Assembly: GCA_048886185.1 (NCBI GenBank)
Contig: JBHLKY010000008.1
Span: 124,565 to 188,564, forward strand
DNA from: Candidatus Hermodarchaeota archaeon
Lineage (GTDB): Archaea; Asgardarchaeota; Heimdallarchaeia; Hodarchaeales; Hodarchaeaceae
DNA length: 64,000 bases
Direction: 5' to 3'
In this document: positions 39,684 through 48,900 of the stretch, in pieces
Layout of the letters: each line of letters opens with the position of its first letter
How positions within the stretch are numbered: position 1 is the first letter of the stretch
The notes under the pieces: model-generated
The model's input: the letters and a program-made list of their open reading frames with translations, nothing else
Databases searched by the model: none
What the model was told of the DNA's origin: nothing
Translations under genes and position numbers: made by a program

Positions 39684-40892
39684 ATGATGGAAGAAGAAAT
39701 GGAACCAGTCATTTTCTTACTTATTGTTGGATTTAGCTGGATTGTTTTGAATGCTATCAGTCGGATTCAATGGTTTGACGTGAAAAATCCCGAGATAGGG
39801 TTAGGATATGCATTATATCGCACAACAAGATTGAATGACCTCATCGATCGACTTGCGAGTAGAGGGCGCATAATCTGGAAGTTTATATGGGATATAGGAG
39901 TAATTTCTGGATTGGGAATTCTGTTTGTTGGGTTAGCTATTTTTACAATCAATATTCCATTATTCTTTCAACCATCAGGAGATGGAACAAGCACCGCAAT
40001 CGCAGTGACACCAGTAATTCCAGGAATAACAATTTCATTTCAGACCCTCCCTTACTTTGTAGTGGCTATAATGATTGGAGCTATAGTTCATGAATTTGCC
40101 CATGGGATCGCTGCAAGAGTTGAAGAAGTTGAGCTCAAAAGTACAGGGATCTTTGTTTTTTTAGTGCTCTTTGGAGCCTTTGTCGAACCAAATGAAGAAA
40201 TTATTTCTCAAAAATCCCGTAGATCTAAAATAAGAATCTTTGCTGCAGGCGCACTTGCTAACATGGTCGTTGCAGGTTTAACGATTCTGATTCTAATCAT
40301 CCCAATAGGTTTTCCTCTATTAATAGCACCTCTTTATAATTCAGAGCCAAGTGGGGCTCTAATAATGGAAGCTATTCCCAATAATCCAGCTTCTCAGGCT
40401 GGTATGAGAGCAGGAGATGCCATTATTGCAATTAATTCATCTGAAGGCTACAAAGATATAACTTCTTCTCGTGTTTTCCAAGAGTTTGTAAATTCATCAG
40501 TTCTCCCAAACCAAACTTTAATTTTTTATTTTGCTAATAAAAAGGATCCTATCCCCCTTGAAACCGTACCACGCAGTGATAATCCGGATAAAGGATTCAT
40601 AGGCATACGTACATGGGAATATTTCAAACCGCGTTTTTTTACACCATCACCTATTGTTAATTTTATCCCTTTTTGGACATTGAATATCATCATATATGTC
40701 TTCATGATAAATCTTATGGTCGCAATTATTAATCTGTTACCCATCCCCTTATTGGATGGAGATAAACTCTTAACTGAGTTTCTAGGCCCAAAGTTTAGTA
40801 AATATCTACCATGGATTAGATACTTCTCCTTGGGAGTACTCGGAATCAATATATTCCTATCCTTTTTACTCATGGGTTGGTCACAGCTTTAA
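39684..40892 (+). CDS. Site-2 protease (M50 family) with a PDZ domain
   Basis: HEFAHGIAA (HExxH) inside a TM helix, multiple TM segments, PDZ-like middle region. Confidence 0.75.
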   Translation: MMEEEMEPVIFLLIVGFSWIVLNAISRIQWFDVKNPEIGLGYALYRTTRLNDLIDRLASRGRIIWKFIWDIGVISGLGILFVGLAIFTINIPLFFQPSGDGTSTAIAVTPVIPGITISFQTLPYFVVAIMIGAIVHEFAHGIAARVEEVELKSTGIFVFLVLFGAFVEPNEEIISQKSRRSKIRIFAAGALANMVVAGLTILILIIPIGFPLLIAPLYNSEPSGALIMEAIPNNPASQAGMRAGDAIIAINSSEGYKDITSSRVFQEFVNSSVLPNQTLIFYFANKKDPIPLETVPRSDNPDKGFIGIRTWEYFKPRFFTPSPIVNFIPFWTLNIIIYVFMINLMVAIINLLPIPLLDGDKLLTEFLGPKFSKYLPWIRYFSLGVLGINIFLSFLLMGWSQL

Positions 40893-41140
40893 TCCATATG
40901 ATCAAAACTACACCCGTTTTAAGGGCTATTATTTCTTTCAAGGGAGAAAGTTTTTTTAGTCCTTATTCAATACTATCACTCCTGTTTGTCTTGAAACTAT
41001 TTTGTCATTCAATTTTTTCAGATATGATGATTGAAAAAGCTAAATCTGATACCACTAAACAAGAAATAATAAAAGGAAGAATAATTAATCTACTCGAGAA
41101 TAATAATTTATCACAAAAGAAAAGCTAGGATTGGTTCTAA

Positions 41141-41752
41141 GTGGCTCTTGATCTTTTTGAACTCTTGTCTCAAACTCTAATTTCTTGGAATTTTCTCATT
41201 TTGATCATTGGTGGTTTTTTAGCAGCATCTTGGCTCTTTGTACGATTAGCTGGTGTAAGCACGGATGATATGTCTAACATTGTAGATAAATTAGCTCTTA
41301 TAGGATTCCCTGTAGGTATTACTGCTTTAATTACCATAGGGGCTGGACTCTACCTTTGGTCAAAAGATTCCAATTTCATAGAAAGCTATAATACATTTGA
41401 TATCATCACAATCAGTTGTTTAGGGATCCTGGGTCTCGTATTGATTTTAAGACCAATTAAAGATTTCAGATTTGGAGTATTCCTTTCTTTAGCTATTGGT
41501 CTACTAGGAGCAGGATTATTTGTATTTTTAGGCGCAAGATCTGTTCAAATTTTATCAGTAGCTTTCTTTGTACTCTTCTTAGTCATCTATCTGTCCATAA
41601 AAATGTTTGAAGATCTTTATCTTCTTATAGCGGAATTTCTCTCTTCTCCCTTGATTTCTGTTATTGTTGGAATTCTCTGCCTATTGCAAGGTGTACTCCA
41701 ACTATTTAGTTTGTCGATTGGAGGAATAATCGTATTCTTTTTCGCGGTATGA
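41141..41752 (+). CDS. Polytopic membrane protein, hypothetical
   Basis: Six hydrophobic helices. Confidence 0.45.
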   Translation: MALDLFELLSQTLISWNFLILIIGGFLAASWLFVRLAGVSTDDMSNIVDKLALIGFPVGITALITIGAGLYLWSKDSNFIESYNTFDIITISCLGILGLVLILRPIKDFRFGVFLSLAIGLLGAGLFVFLGARSVQILSVAFFVLFLVIYLSIKMFEDLYLLIAEFLSSPLISVIVGILCLLQGVLQLFSLSIGGIIVFFFAV

Positions 41753-41759
41753 AGAAACT

Positions 41760-42266
41760 TCACCTTATGATTTCTAATCGCACAGGATTCTTTGAAATCA
41801 GCTCCGCAATCTGTTTGAGTTGATCCAATGGAAATCTCAGTAACTCAGGATCACCTCGTAAGGTGATCTTTAATTCAATATCACCTTCAGGGGGAGCAAA
41901 GATTTGGTCAATTTCAAGGATATCTAAGGGAGCGAAGAAATCAGCAAAAGTTTTTCGTGTATCAGCCTTTCTTTCGATAATCTCAATTGGTTTCCTGATT
42001 TCAGATTCGATAAAATACTTAAGCTCTTCATTTTCCAGAATGTTACGTCCATTTTGCGTTAATAAGACAATGGAACCATTCAAACGATGTGCACGATCTA
42101 GGGTCACATTATGCAGTTGTTTTGGAAATCGTTGCTCAGCTTTAGCAAAGGCTATAGAAACATCAACATCCAATTGAGTAAATTTCCCCTTTCGAAGTTT
42201 CTGTTTACATTTTTTACAGAGTACTCCAGTTTTTGCACAAAAGTTACATATGGGGGTTACAACCAC
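41760..42266 (-). CDS. Hypothetical protein with an N-terminal zinc ribbon, possibly RNA-binding
   Basis: CNFCAKTGVLCKKCKQK. Confidence 0.4.
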   Translation of the reverse strand: MVVTPICNFCAKTGVLCKKCKQKLRKGKFTQLDVDVSIAFAKAEQRFPKQLHNVTLDRAHRLNGSIVLLTQNGRNILENEELKYFIESEIRKPIEIIERKADTRKTFADFFAPLDILEIDQIFAPPEGDIELKITLRGDPELLRFPLDQLKQIAELISKNPVRLEIIR

Positions 42267-42380
42267 GAATGCAGCCTCATTATTTCTTTCCTTAATTCAA
42301 TAATTATTTTGCATATTTCACTCATATAAATATTCTTAGGGCGATTATCCTAAAGTAACATACATTTCTTATACTGAATC

Positions 42381-43307
42381 TCATAGAACATTCTTTAATA
42401 CTGCTGCTACAGTGTGTAATCGATTTTCAGCTTCATCGAAAACAACAGAGTGCTTACCATAGATCACGTCATCAGAAACTTCTTCTTCATGACGAGGGAG
42501 GCAATGCATGAAAATAAAGTCCTTGTCTGCATGTTGAATTAATTGTTCATTAACCTGAAAGCCTTCAAACTTTCTCAATTTTGCTTGTTTTTCAGATTCT
42601 TGACCCATTGAAATGAAAGTGTCCGTTACAACAACATTTGCTCCAGAGGCAGCCAATTTAGGATCATTAGTCATTTTAACTTGCTCAGGTGATGAAGCAT
42701 TTTTTTTACAGAAATTTAAAACGGTAGAATCTGGTTCATATCCTTCAGGCGTCGCAATATAGATATTCATACCCATTTTTATTGAAGAAATCATTAAGGA
42801 ATGGCATACATTATTACCATCTCCAATCCAAGCAATGGAAACTCCTTTTAGTTTCCCAAGATGTTCTTCTATGGTTAGGATATCTGCTAATCCTTGTAGA
42901 GGATGAAATAGATCTGAAAGCGCATTAATTACGGGGACGCCAGAGTGTTCAGCAAGAACCTCAACATCGGTATGATCAAAAACACGAGCCAAAATCCCAG
43001 ATACCATACGACCTAATACTTTTGCAGTATCGTGTAGTGATTCGTTGACTCCTAGTTGAATGTCATCCTTTCCTAGAAATAAAGCATGCCCCCCAAGCTC
43101 AACCATTGCTGTTTCGGTCGAAACACGAGTCCGAGTTGATCGCTTTTGAAAAATCATACCTAATGTTTTTCCTCTCAAAGGTTGATTTTCAATAATTTTC
43201 CTTCTGTTTTTCTTAAATTCCTTTGCCTCATCAAGTAAGAATCGGATTTCTTCAGTTGTAAGATCTTTAAGTGTTAATAAAGAGCGTCCTTTCATGTTTA
43301 TCGTCAT
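42381..43307 (-). CDS. argF: Ornithine carbamoyltransferase
   Basis: STRTR, HCLP and DxxxSMG motifs. HCLP distinguishes it from ATCase, which has HPLP. Confidence 0.8.
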   Translation of the reverse strand: MTINMKGRSLLTLKDLTTEEIRFLLDEAKEFKKNRRKIIENQPLRGKTLGMIFQKRSTRTRVSTETAMVELGGHALFLGKDDIQLGVNESLHDTAKVLGRMVSGILARVFDHTDVEVLAEHSGVPVINALSDLFHPLQGLADILTIEEHLGKLKGVSIAWIGDGNNVCHSLMISSIKMGMNIYIATPEGYEPDSTVLNFCKKNASSPEQVKMTNDPKLAASGANVVVTDTFISMGQESEKQAKLRKFEGFQVNEQLIQHADKDFIFMHCLPRHEEEVSDDVIYGKHSVVFDEAENRLHTVAAVLKNVL

Positions 43308-43327
43308 TACTCATCACTTCTGATATC

Positions 43328-43630
43328 TCATGCTTGATTAAAAATATATCCCCCATGAATTACTGGGATAAATGATATTGTATCTTCAGCATTCACTTTT
43401 GTTTTCATCCCATCCAATACGGAAATTTCTTGCTCATTGATAAAAATTAGGAGAGATCGCTTTGAGTCTAATGACTCTGTAAAGAAGCTTTTCAGCTCTT
43501 TAAACTGAGAATCTTTTATTAGTTCTGAAACAATATCACGCACAGAATTCCCCGAGGAGATTTGAAAAGAGAGATAATGCTGGTTTATATCATATCGCAA
43601 TGATCCTAGGAATTTTAAGCGTATTTTCAT
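43328..43630 (-). CDS. MoaD/ThiS-family ubiquitin-fold protein with di-Gly followed by a 6-residue tail (..IPVIHGG-YIFNQA)
   Basis: N-terminus MKIRLKFLGSLR resembles MoaD. About 100 aa. GG is not C-terminal. Confidence 0.5.
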   Translation of the reverse strand: MKIRLKFLGSLRYDINQHYLSFQISSGNSVRDIVSELIKDSQFKELKSFFTESLDSKRSLLIFINEQEISVLDGMKTKVNAEDTISFIPVIHGGYIFNQA

Positions 43631-43658
43631 CGAAACATCAGTTTTTAGACTATAATCA

Positions 43659-43760
43659 TGCGCCGACCGGGATTTTCAGAAAACCCCTGAAGAGGATTTC
43701 ATTTGAACCCGGGTCACCAGCTTGGGAGGCTGGAGTCCTTCCAGACTAGACTATCGGCGC
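43659..43760 (-). tRNA. tRNA-Gly (anticodon CCC), about 102 nt with an intron of about 29 nt in the T-loop
   Basis: Acceptor GCGCCGA/TCGGCGC, D-arm GTCT..GGAC, anticodon stem CCAGC/GCTGG with loop CUCCCAA, T-stem CCGGG/CCCGG enclosing 36 nt instead of 7. Confidence 0.6.
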
Positions 43761-43898
43761 CATATACCAATTTGAAGGAACCATTTTCAATTCTATTATA
43801 TATGGAATTTCATAGGGTGCTGTAAAAATGCATTCCATCTCCTCTTTCAAGAATACAGATTGTGAAAAATAGTTTTGACAATGATTCTGTCAGTTTGA

Positions 43899-44645
43899 TC
43901 AGCGGAACACGTCACTTTGTGGATCCCTAATCAATATGGTAGCAGGCGCATCAGATGGAGTATATTTCACCCCACGAACAATAATCACAGGTGTTCCTTC
44001 ATTAGATTGGCCCATCACTAAACCAGCTGCAGCAGCTACTTCATCCACTTTAGCAACAATGGTAGATACCAATTCATATCCAAAAAGGTCTGTTTGCCCT
44101 CGTAAATCTTCGATAGGATTAATTCCAGCAACTCCAATAGCAACATTGACAGTTCCTATCCTAAAAGGTCTACCAAAAGTGTCGGAGATAATAACTGCTA
44201 CATTCTTTCCTAAATCTGCCAGAACTTTATCTTTTATACGTTGAGCTGACAAATCTGGATCAGTGGGAAGTCCGATAACGGTCTCCCCCGGTGTATTAGA
44301 TTTATCTACCCCACTATTCGCACAAATGAAGCCATGTTTCGTCTCTGTGATTAAAACACGGTTATTCATCCTTATGATTTCCTGACTTTCCTGAAGGATT
44401 ACCTCAATTTTTCGGGGATCTTTCTCCTGAAAAATCCCGATACTCTGAGCAAAAGAACTCGGAATCATTTCGCTTAGATTATAAACCCTATTTTCAGCTT
44501 TTGATATAATAGTATGGGCAATGACTAGAATATCATTATCTACTAGATCTATTTTCTGTAATTCCGATACTAAGATTTGTTCAAGATTATCTCCTGGATT
44601 GATAAGAGGAAAGCCTTGAAGAGGAAAAATTGTTATCGTCATCAT
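43899..44645 (-). CDS. CofE-like F420-0:gamma-glutamyl ligase family protein
   Basis: About 250 aa. Similarity pattern to CofE was judged by eye. Confidence 0.5.
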   Translation of the reverse strand: MMTITIFPLQGFPLINPGDNLEQILVSELQKIDLVDNDILVIAHTIISKAENRVYNLSEMIPSSFAQSIGIFQEKDPRKIEVILQESQEIIRMNNRVLITETKHGFICANSGVDKSNTPGETVIGLPTDPDLSAQRIKDKVLADLGKNVAVIISDTFGRPFRIGTVNVAIGVAGINPIEDLRGQTDLFGYELVSTIVAKVDEVAAAAGLVMGQSNEGTPVIIVRGVKYTPSDAPATILIRDPQSDVFR

Positions 44646-44760
44646 TAATAATATCCTAAATGGAGTTTGAAAGCCTCAGACCGCTCATCGTTCATCATTA
44701 AAAGACTTCTGTTCCCTAAGCTATCATCATAGGCTATTTTATGAGTCATAAATTAGTAAA

Positions 44761-45519
44761 TCATATACCAAATTCTGAAGGGCGAGTTTTCACCTGTTCT
44801 GTTAAATCTTTTAATAAGAGTCGTACTTTTTCAGTTTGGGATGTATTTCCCACTTTATTGTATTTCTCATGAGCTTTGGCCAGCAGATCAATAACTTCCT
44901 TGACATTTTCTCGTGCACTTATTAAGGCCTTTGCTCGTTGGTATAATGCATGAGCTTCATATCGTGTTGGATCTTCCCGTCCTTTCTTGAACTCCTCTAC
45001 AGCTTTTTCTAAATAATACGCCTTATCAAAGTTTGATTCCATAGCAGCAGCTCTTTGAACAAATGATCGTGCCCGAGCTCGGGCTGCCTCCATTTCTAAA
45101 CCTGTAGTTTGGTAAAGGGCAGCTGCGGACTCATATAGACGAGCTGATTCAATAAATTCCCCTTCTTTTGCTTTCTCTTTCGCAAGTTCCCCCTGAGTCT
45201 GAGCTTGAATTGTACGAGCCTGTTTGGCTTCCTCTGAAAACCCTTCTGTTGAAAAAGTTACGTTTGCCTTACCAAAATATCGAATGGCATCAAGAAAATT
45301 CATATTCAGCATGTTTATATACCCATTGGTGCAGAATTGGTACGCTTCAGCCCTACGGCTTAATTTCTTTTGATCTCCTCCTGCAAAGAGCTTGGTCGCC
45401 TTTTTAAAACTCTCTAAAGCCTCATTATAACGCTGGGTTTCATAAAGAACCATGCCTTGATCGAATTCTTCTTGTGCTTTCTTGATTTTACTTCCCTTGA
45501 AAAATGGCATAATTGGCAA
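44761..45519 (-). CDS. TPR-repeat protein
   Basis: Repeated Ala/Tyr-rich helical hairpins (EAYQ, AARA, KALI). Confidence 0.5.
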   Translation of the reverse strand: MPIMPFFKGSKIKKAQEEFDQGMVLYETQRYNEALESFKKATKLFAGGDQKKLSRRAEAYQFCTNGYINMLNMNFLDAIRYFGKANVTFSTEGFSEEAKQARTIQAQTQGELAKEKAKEGEFIESARLYESAAALYQTTGLEMEAARARARSFVQRAAAMESNFDKAYYLEKAVEEFKKGREDPTRYEAHALYQRAKALISARENVKEVIDLLAKAHEKYNKVGNTSQTEKVRLLLKDLTEQVKTRPSEFGI

Positions 45520-45913
45520 TTCCTTGACAAAAAAGTTAATGATTTGACAGATTTTTGGGATCCGAGTTTCATTAAATAACTTTTTATTACATGTTATTGA
45601 GATTGTTTATGATTAATTTTTTTCTAAAAAGCCAAGTGAACATTCTAGCATACACAGAATCCTGATTTAATGAATGGTACCTAATTCAAATCTGAATTCT
45701 ACTCTGTTAATCTTCATACTGCAGAGAAAAATCTATAATAACATATTAATCTAGATAAATACCAATGGATCTTGACAAGTCAATGAAAGACATTCAGTTC
45801 TCACTCTATTAGGGTCGTTCATAATCTCAATGGTATAAGAAAACATAAATAAAGAAAGTTAAATATCAAAGATCCTATAGAGTACTTTCCCTTAAAGTCA
45901 TTCAAAATCTGGA

Positions 45914-48900
45914 ATGAAAGGGATTTTAGCTGTTCTCAAGAAAATAGAGAACAATCCTTTCGGTGGAATTAAAGTGAAAGAACTTCGGATTGGAATAACT
46001 CTCTTTCTCTTATTAGTATCGATATTTGCTTTCTCAACACAAAATTCTCTTTATTTTCTCCCATTTACAAATAGAGACTCTTTATCTTCTTCGTCGGGAA
46101 CAGAACGGATAAACCCATTACAAAATAATTTTCCCCCACCAACCTCAACAATCCATACAGGTATAATCCCTCCCTCAAGCTTTTCATCTCGAAATAGCAT
46201 AAGCGATATTGAAGATCCACTACCTCAATATTTTCCTGGGAGTAATATCCACATTAGAAATCAGTTTACCCTTGCACAATACAATGCTACCCACAATATC
46301 GTCATAGTATGTCAGATAATATACATCTTCCTTTTTGAGAGTAGTACAGATTTACAAACAATGATTAATGAAGGTAATAGCTCTGACCCAACAACCTCAC
46401 CATATTATGTTCATGAAGCTATAACCAATGGCAGTCACGCCTTGGGGTGGCCTGCAATTGTACCTGACCTGATTCTAAACCCAACTGTCGGTTTCATTGA
46501 TACCATTTTTCAAATTCCAGACAGTTCCACACTCGCGAACATGGGAATAACATCTGATGATGAAGTCACAATTTTTCAATATTACCCCGCACATAATGAA
46601 ACATCAAGAATCAACATACCTATCAGTAGAACTGATAACTTTACTCTGAGTTCAGTTGCCACATTCTCAGTAGACGCCCCAGGAATAATTAATCCTAATA
46701 GTGGGGATAATACTTTTCGACAAGGCGAATTTGCAACAGCTACCCTCAGCGCTATGTCAGGAACTACTCCGATAGATAATGTCTCTGTCAGCTGTAAACT
46801 CTATTTCGCGAATGATTCAGAAGTAACGGACTCTGGCTTTTTTTATGAGCTTCGAGAAGTCTCCTTTCCTTATTCACCTAGCACTATAACAGATTTAAAC
46901 GGAGATCTAGGATTATTCTTGAATACAACTTATCCAGATTCACCTGAGGGGGATTATTACATCAACCTAACGGCTGATTTTACAGGTACACCTTTTTATC
47001 TCATGAACAGCGAAAAAGTCATTACTATTAAGGCAAGCTTTACCGTTGAAAATGAACCAGATATCGTTGCTGACAACTTATTCACAATTAGCAATGTACA
47101 ACCTGATCCAATGGATCCCCCGAACGCAAATAATACAATAGTTACTATACAAATTCAAGCTTACGATGCGTATGGAACAGGAGCATATCCCTTAGCAAAC
47201 ATCCCCGTAAATGCAACATTAGACATTCAAGAAGTATGGGTAGACATCAATTTTGGAGCTGCTTTCACTCCAAATGGCACAGGATGGGCTCTTACTGATC
47301 TAAACGGAGAGATAACATTTGATATAACCGCAGGATTTCCCATCCCTTATGAATTGAAAACACCAATAATTACTGTGCAGGCCGATCTACAAAGTAATTT
47401 AGCGCCTATATATCCTCCTGGGGAACCTCATCGTTTTGTAGAGAATAGTACAGGTGGAAAGATCGTTACTGAAATTAGAGTAATTAGTATTGACCCTGAT
47501 TTCTGGGTTGGTGCCATTTATCGTATTAGTAGCCCTGTTAGTATTAGACCTGGTCAAAGTACAGAATTGGAGTATGAGGTTTCTAATGCTGGTGGGCCTA
47601 CTCAAAATGTCCCAGTCAAAATTACTTCACAAGAATTTATCCCAGGTGTTACTCTATTCATCAATGAGACAATTTATCCTCGTTATGATATTTATGATTA
47701 CTATTATACCGATTCAAATGGAAGGATCAAAGTAACTGTATATACAACATATCTAACCACTCCTGAATATGTGAAGAACATTGCTTTGAATATTACAGCA
47801 GACTTCGAAAATGATACCGAACCACGATGGATTGGAAGCACAAATGCCATTATAGCGTTTAGTGCAACAAACATTTATGCCAACTTTGAAAGGACTTGGA
47901 CCTCAGATATTCGAACCGATGACTTAACAATCAATCCCAATTTTAATAATTGTACAATCAGTTATTTAGCCACTAATGAATCTGATACCATTATTCGTCC
48001 TGGAGACGATATCGCAGTTACTTTTCAAGTTAGAGAGGAAGGTGGAACTCGTCTTAGTAATGTTTATGTAAATATCTCACTATCTGGCTCATATCCAGGA
48101 GTCTCCCTTGCTATCCATCCCAGTTCAGGAGCTCAAGATCCTTTGAGAGCAGATTATTACTACACTAATGCTTCTGGAATGATAACGGTTATTATTGGCA
48201 CCATATATGGCACCACTCCAAAAACACTTGATATCATTCTTGATGCAACTGCAGATTTTGAGAATGATTCATATAGTGTCTGGTATGTTGGTTCGAAAGG
48301 TCTGCGACCTGATTTCCGTTCGAATAGCTCCTACTCTGAAGGTGTAGGCTCAATAACTGTGGCTCCCCAGTATTTCATAGGAGAGATTTCTGTGAAAGGA
48401 AATCCGAAGACAATAGTTCCGCAAAATGGTACTCTGATAATCGATTTCGAGCTTCGACTTAGAGATTATAATACAGGTACCCGTATCACTCCTCCTGCTA
48501 TTTTAATTGATGGTGTAAATATCTCTATCTTGATAAATAATCAAGCACCAAGTGATTTGAATATGGAAGTTACACCAACATGGAAATACTCCGAAGATAG
48601 TATTGTTACATTTATCATCAAGACAAATAATACCTCAGGTATTGCACCTGAAGGAGATTATGTAATTAATGCTGAAGCAGATTATGGGGCTGCACAGAGC
48701 TTAATCTATAACTTTACATATAATACAGTTCCAACAGGACACCTATCGGGGATTTGGGTGAATGCTTCTGATTCTGATGGCTATTCCAGAACCTCACAAT
48801 CATTTAAAGTGCAAAATAGGGATATAATTACAGTTTTAATTAGTGAAGTGACTGACCTCTTCCATCCAGATGCGGGATTCAACAGCAATGATGGTTTATA

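Noticed and set aside
40877-41128. 83-aa ORF overlapping the end of the S2P gene
   Set aside because: Overlaps the S2P C-terminus in another frame. Weak and ambiguous start.
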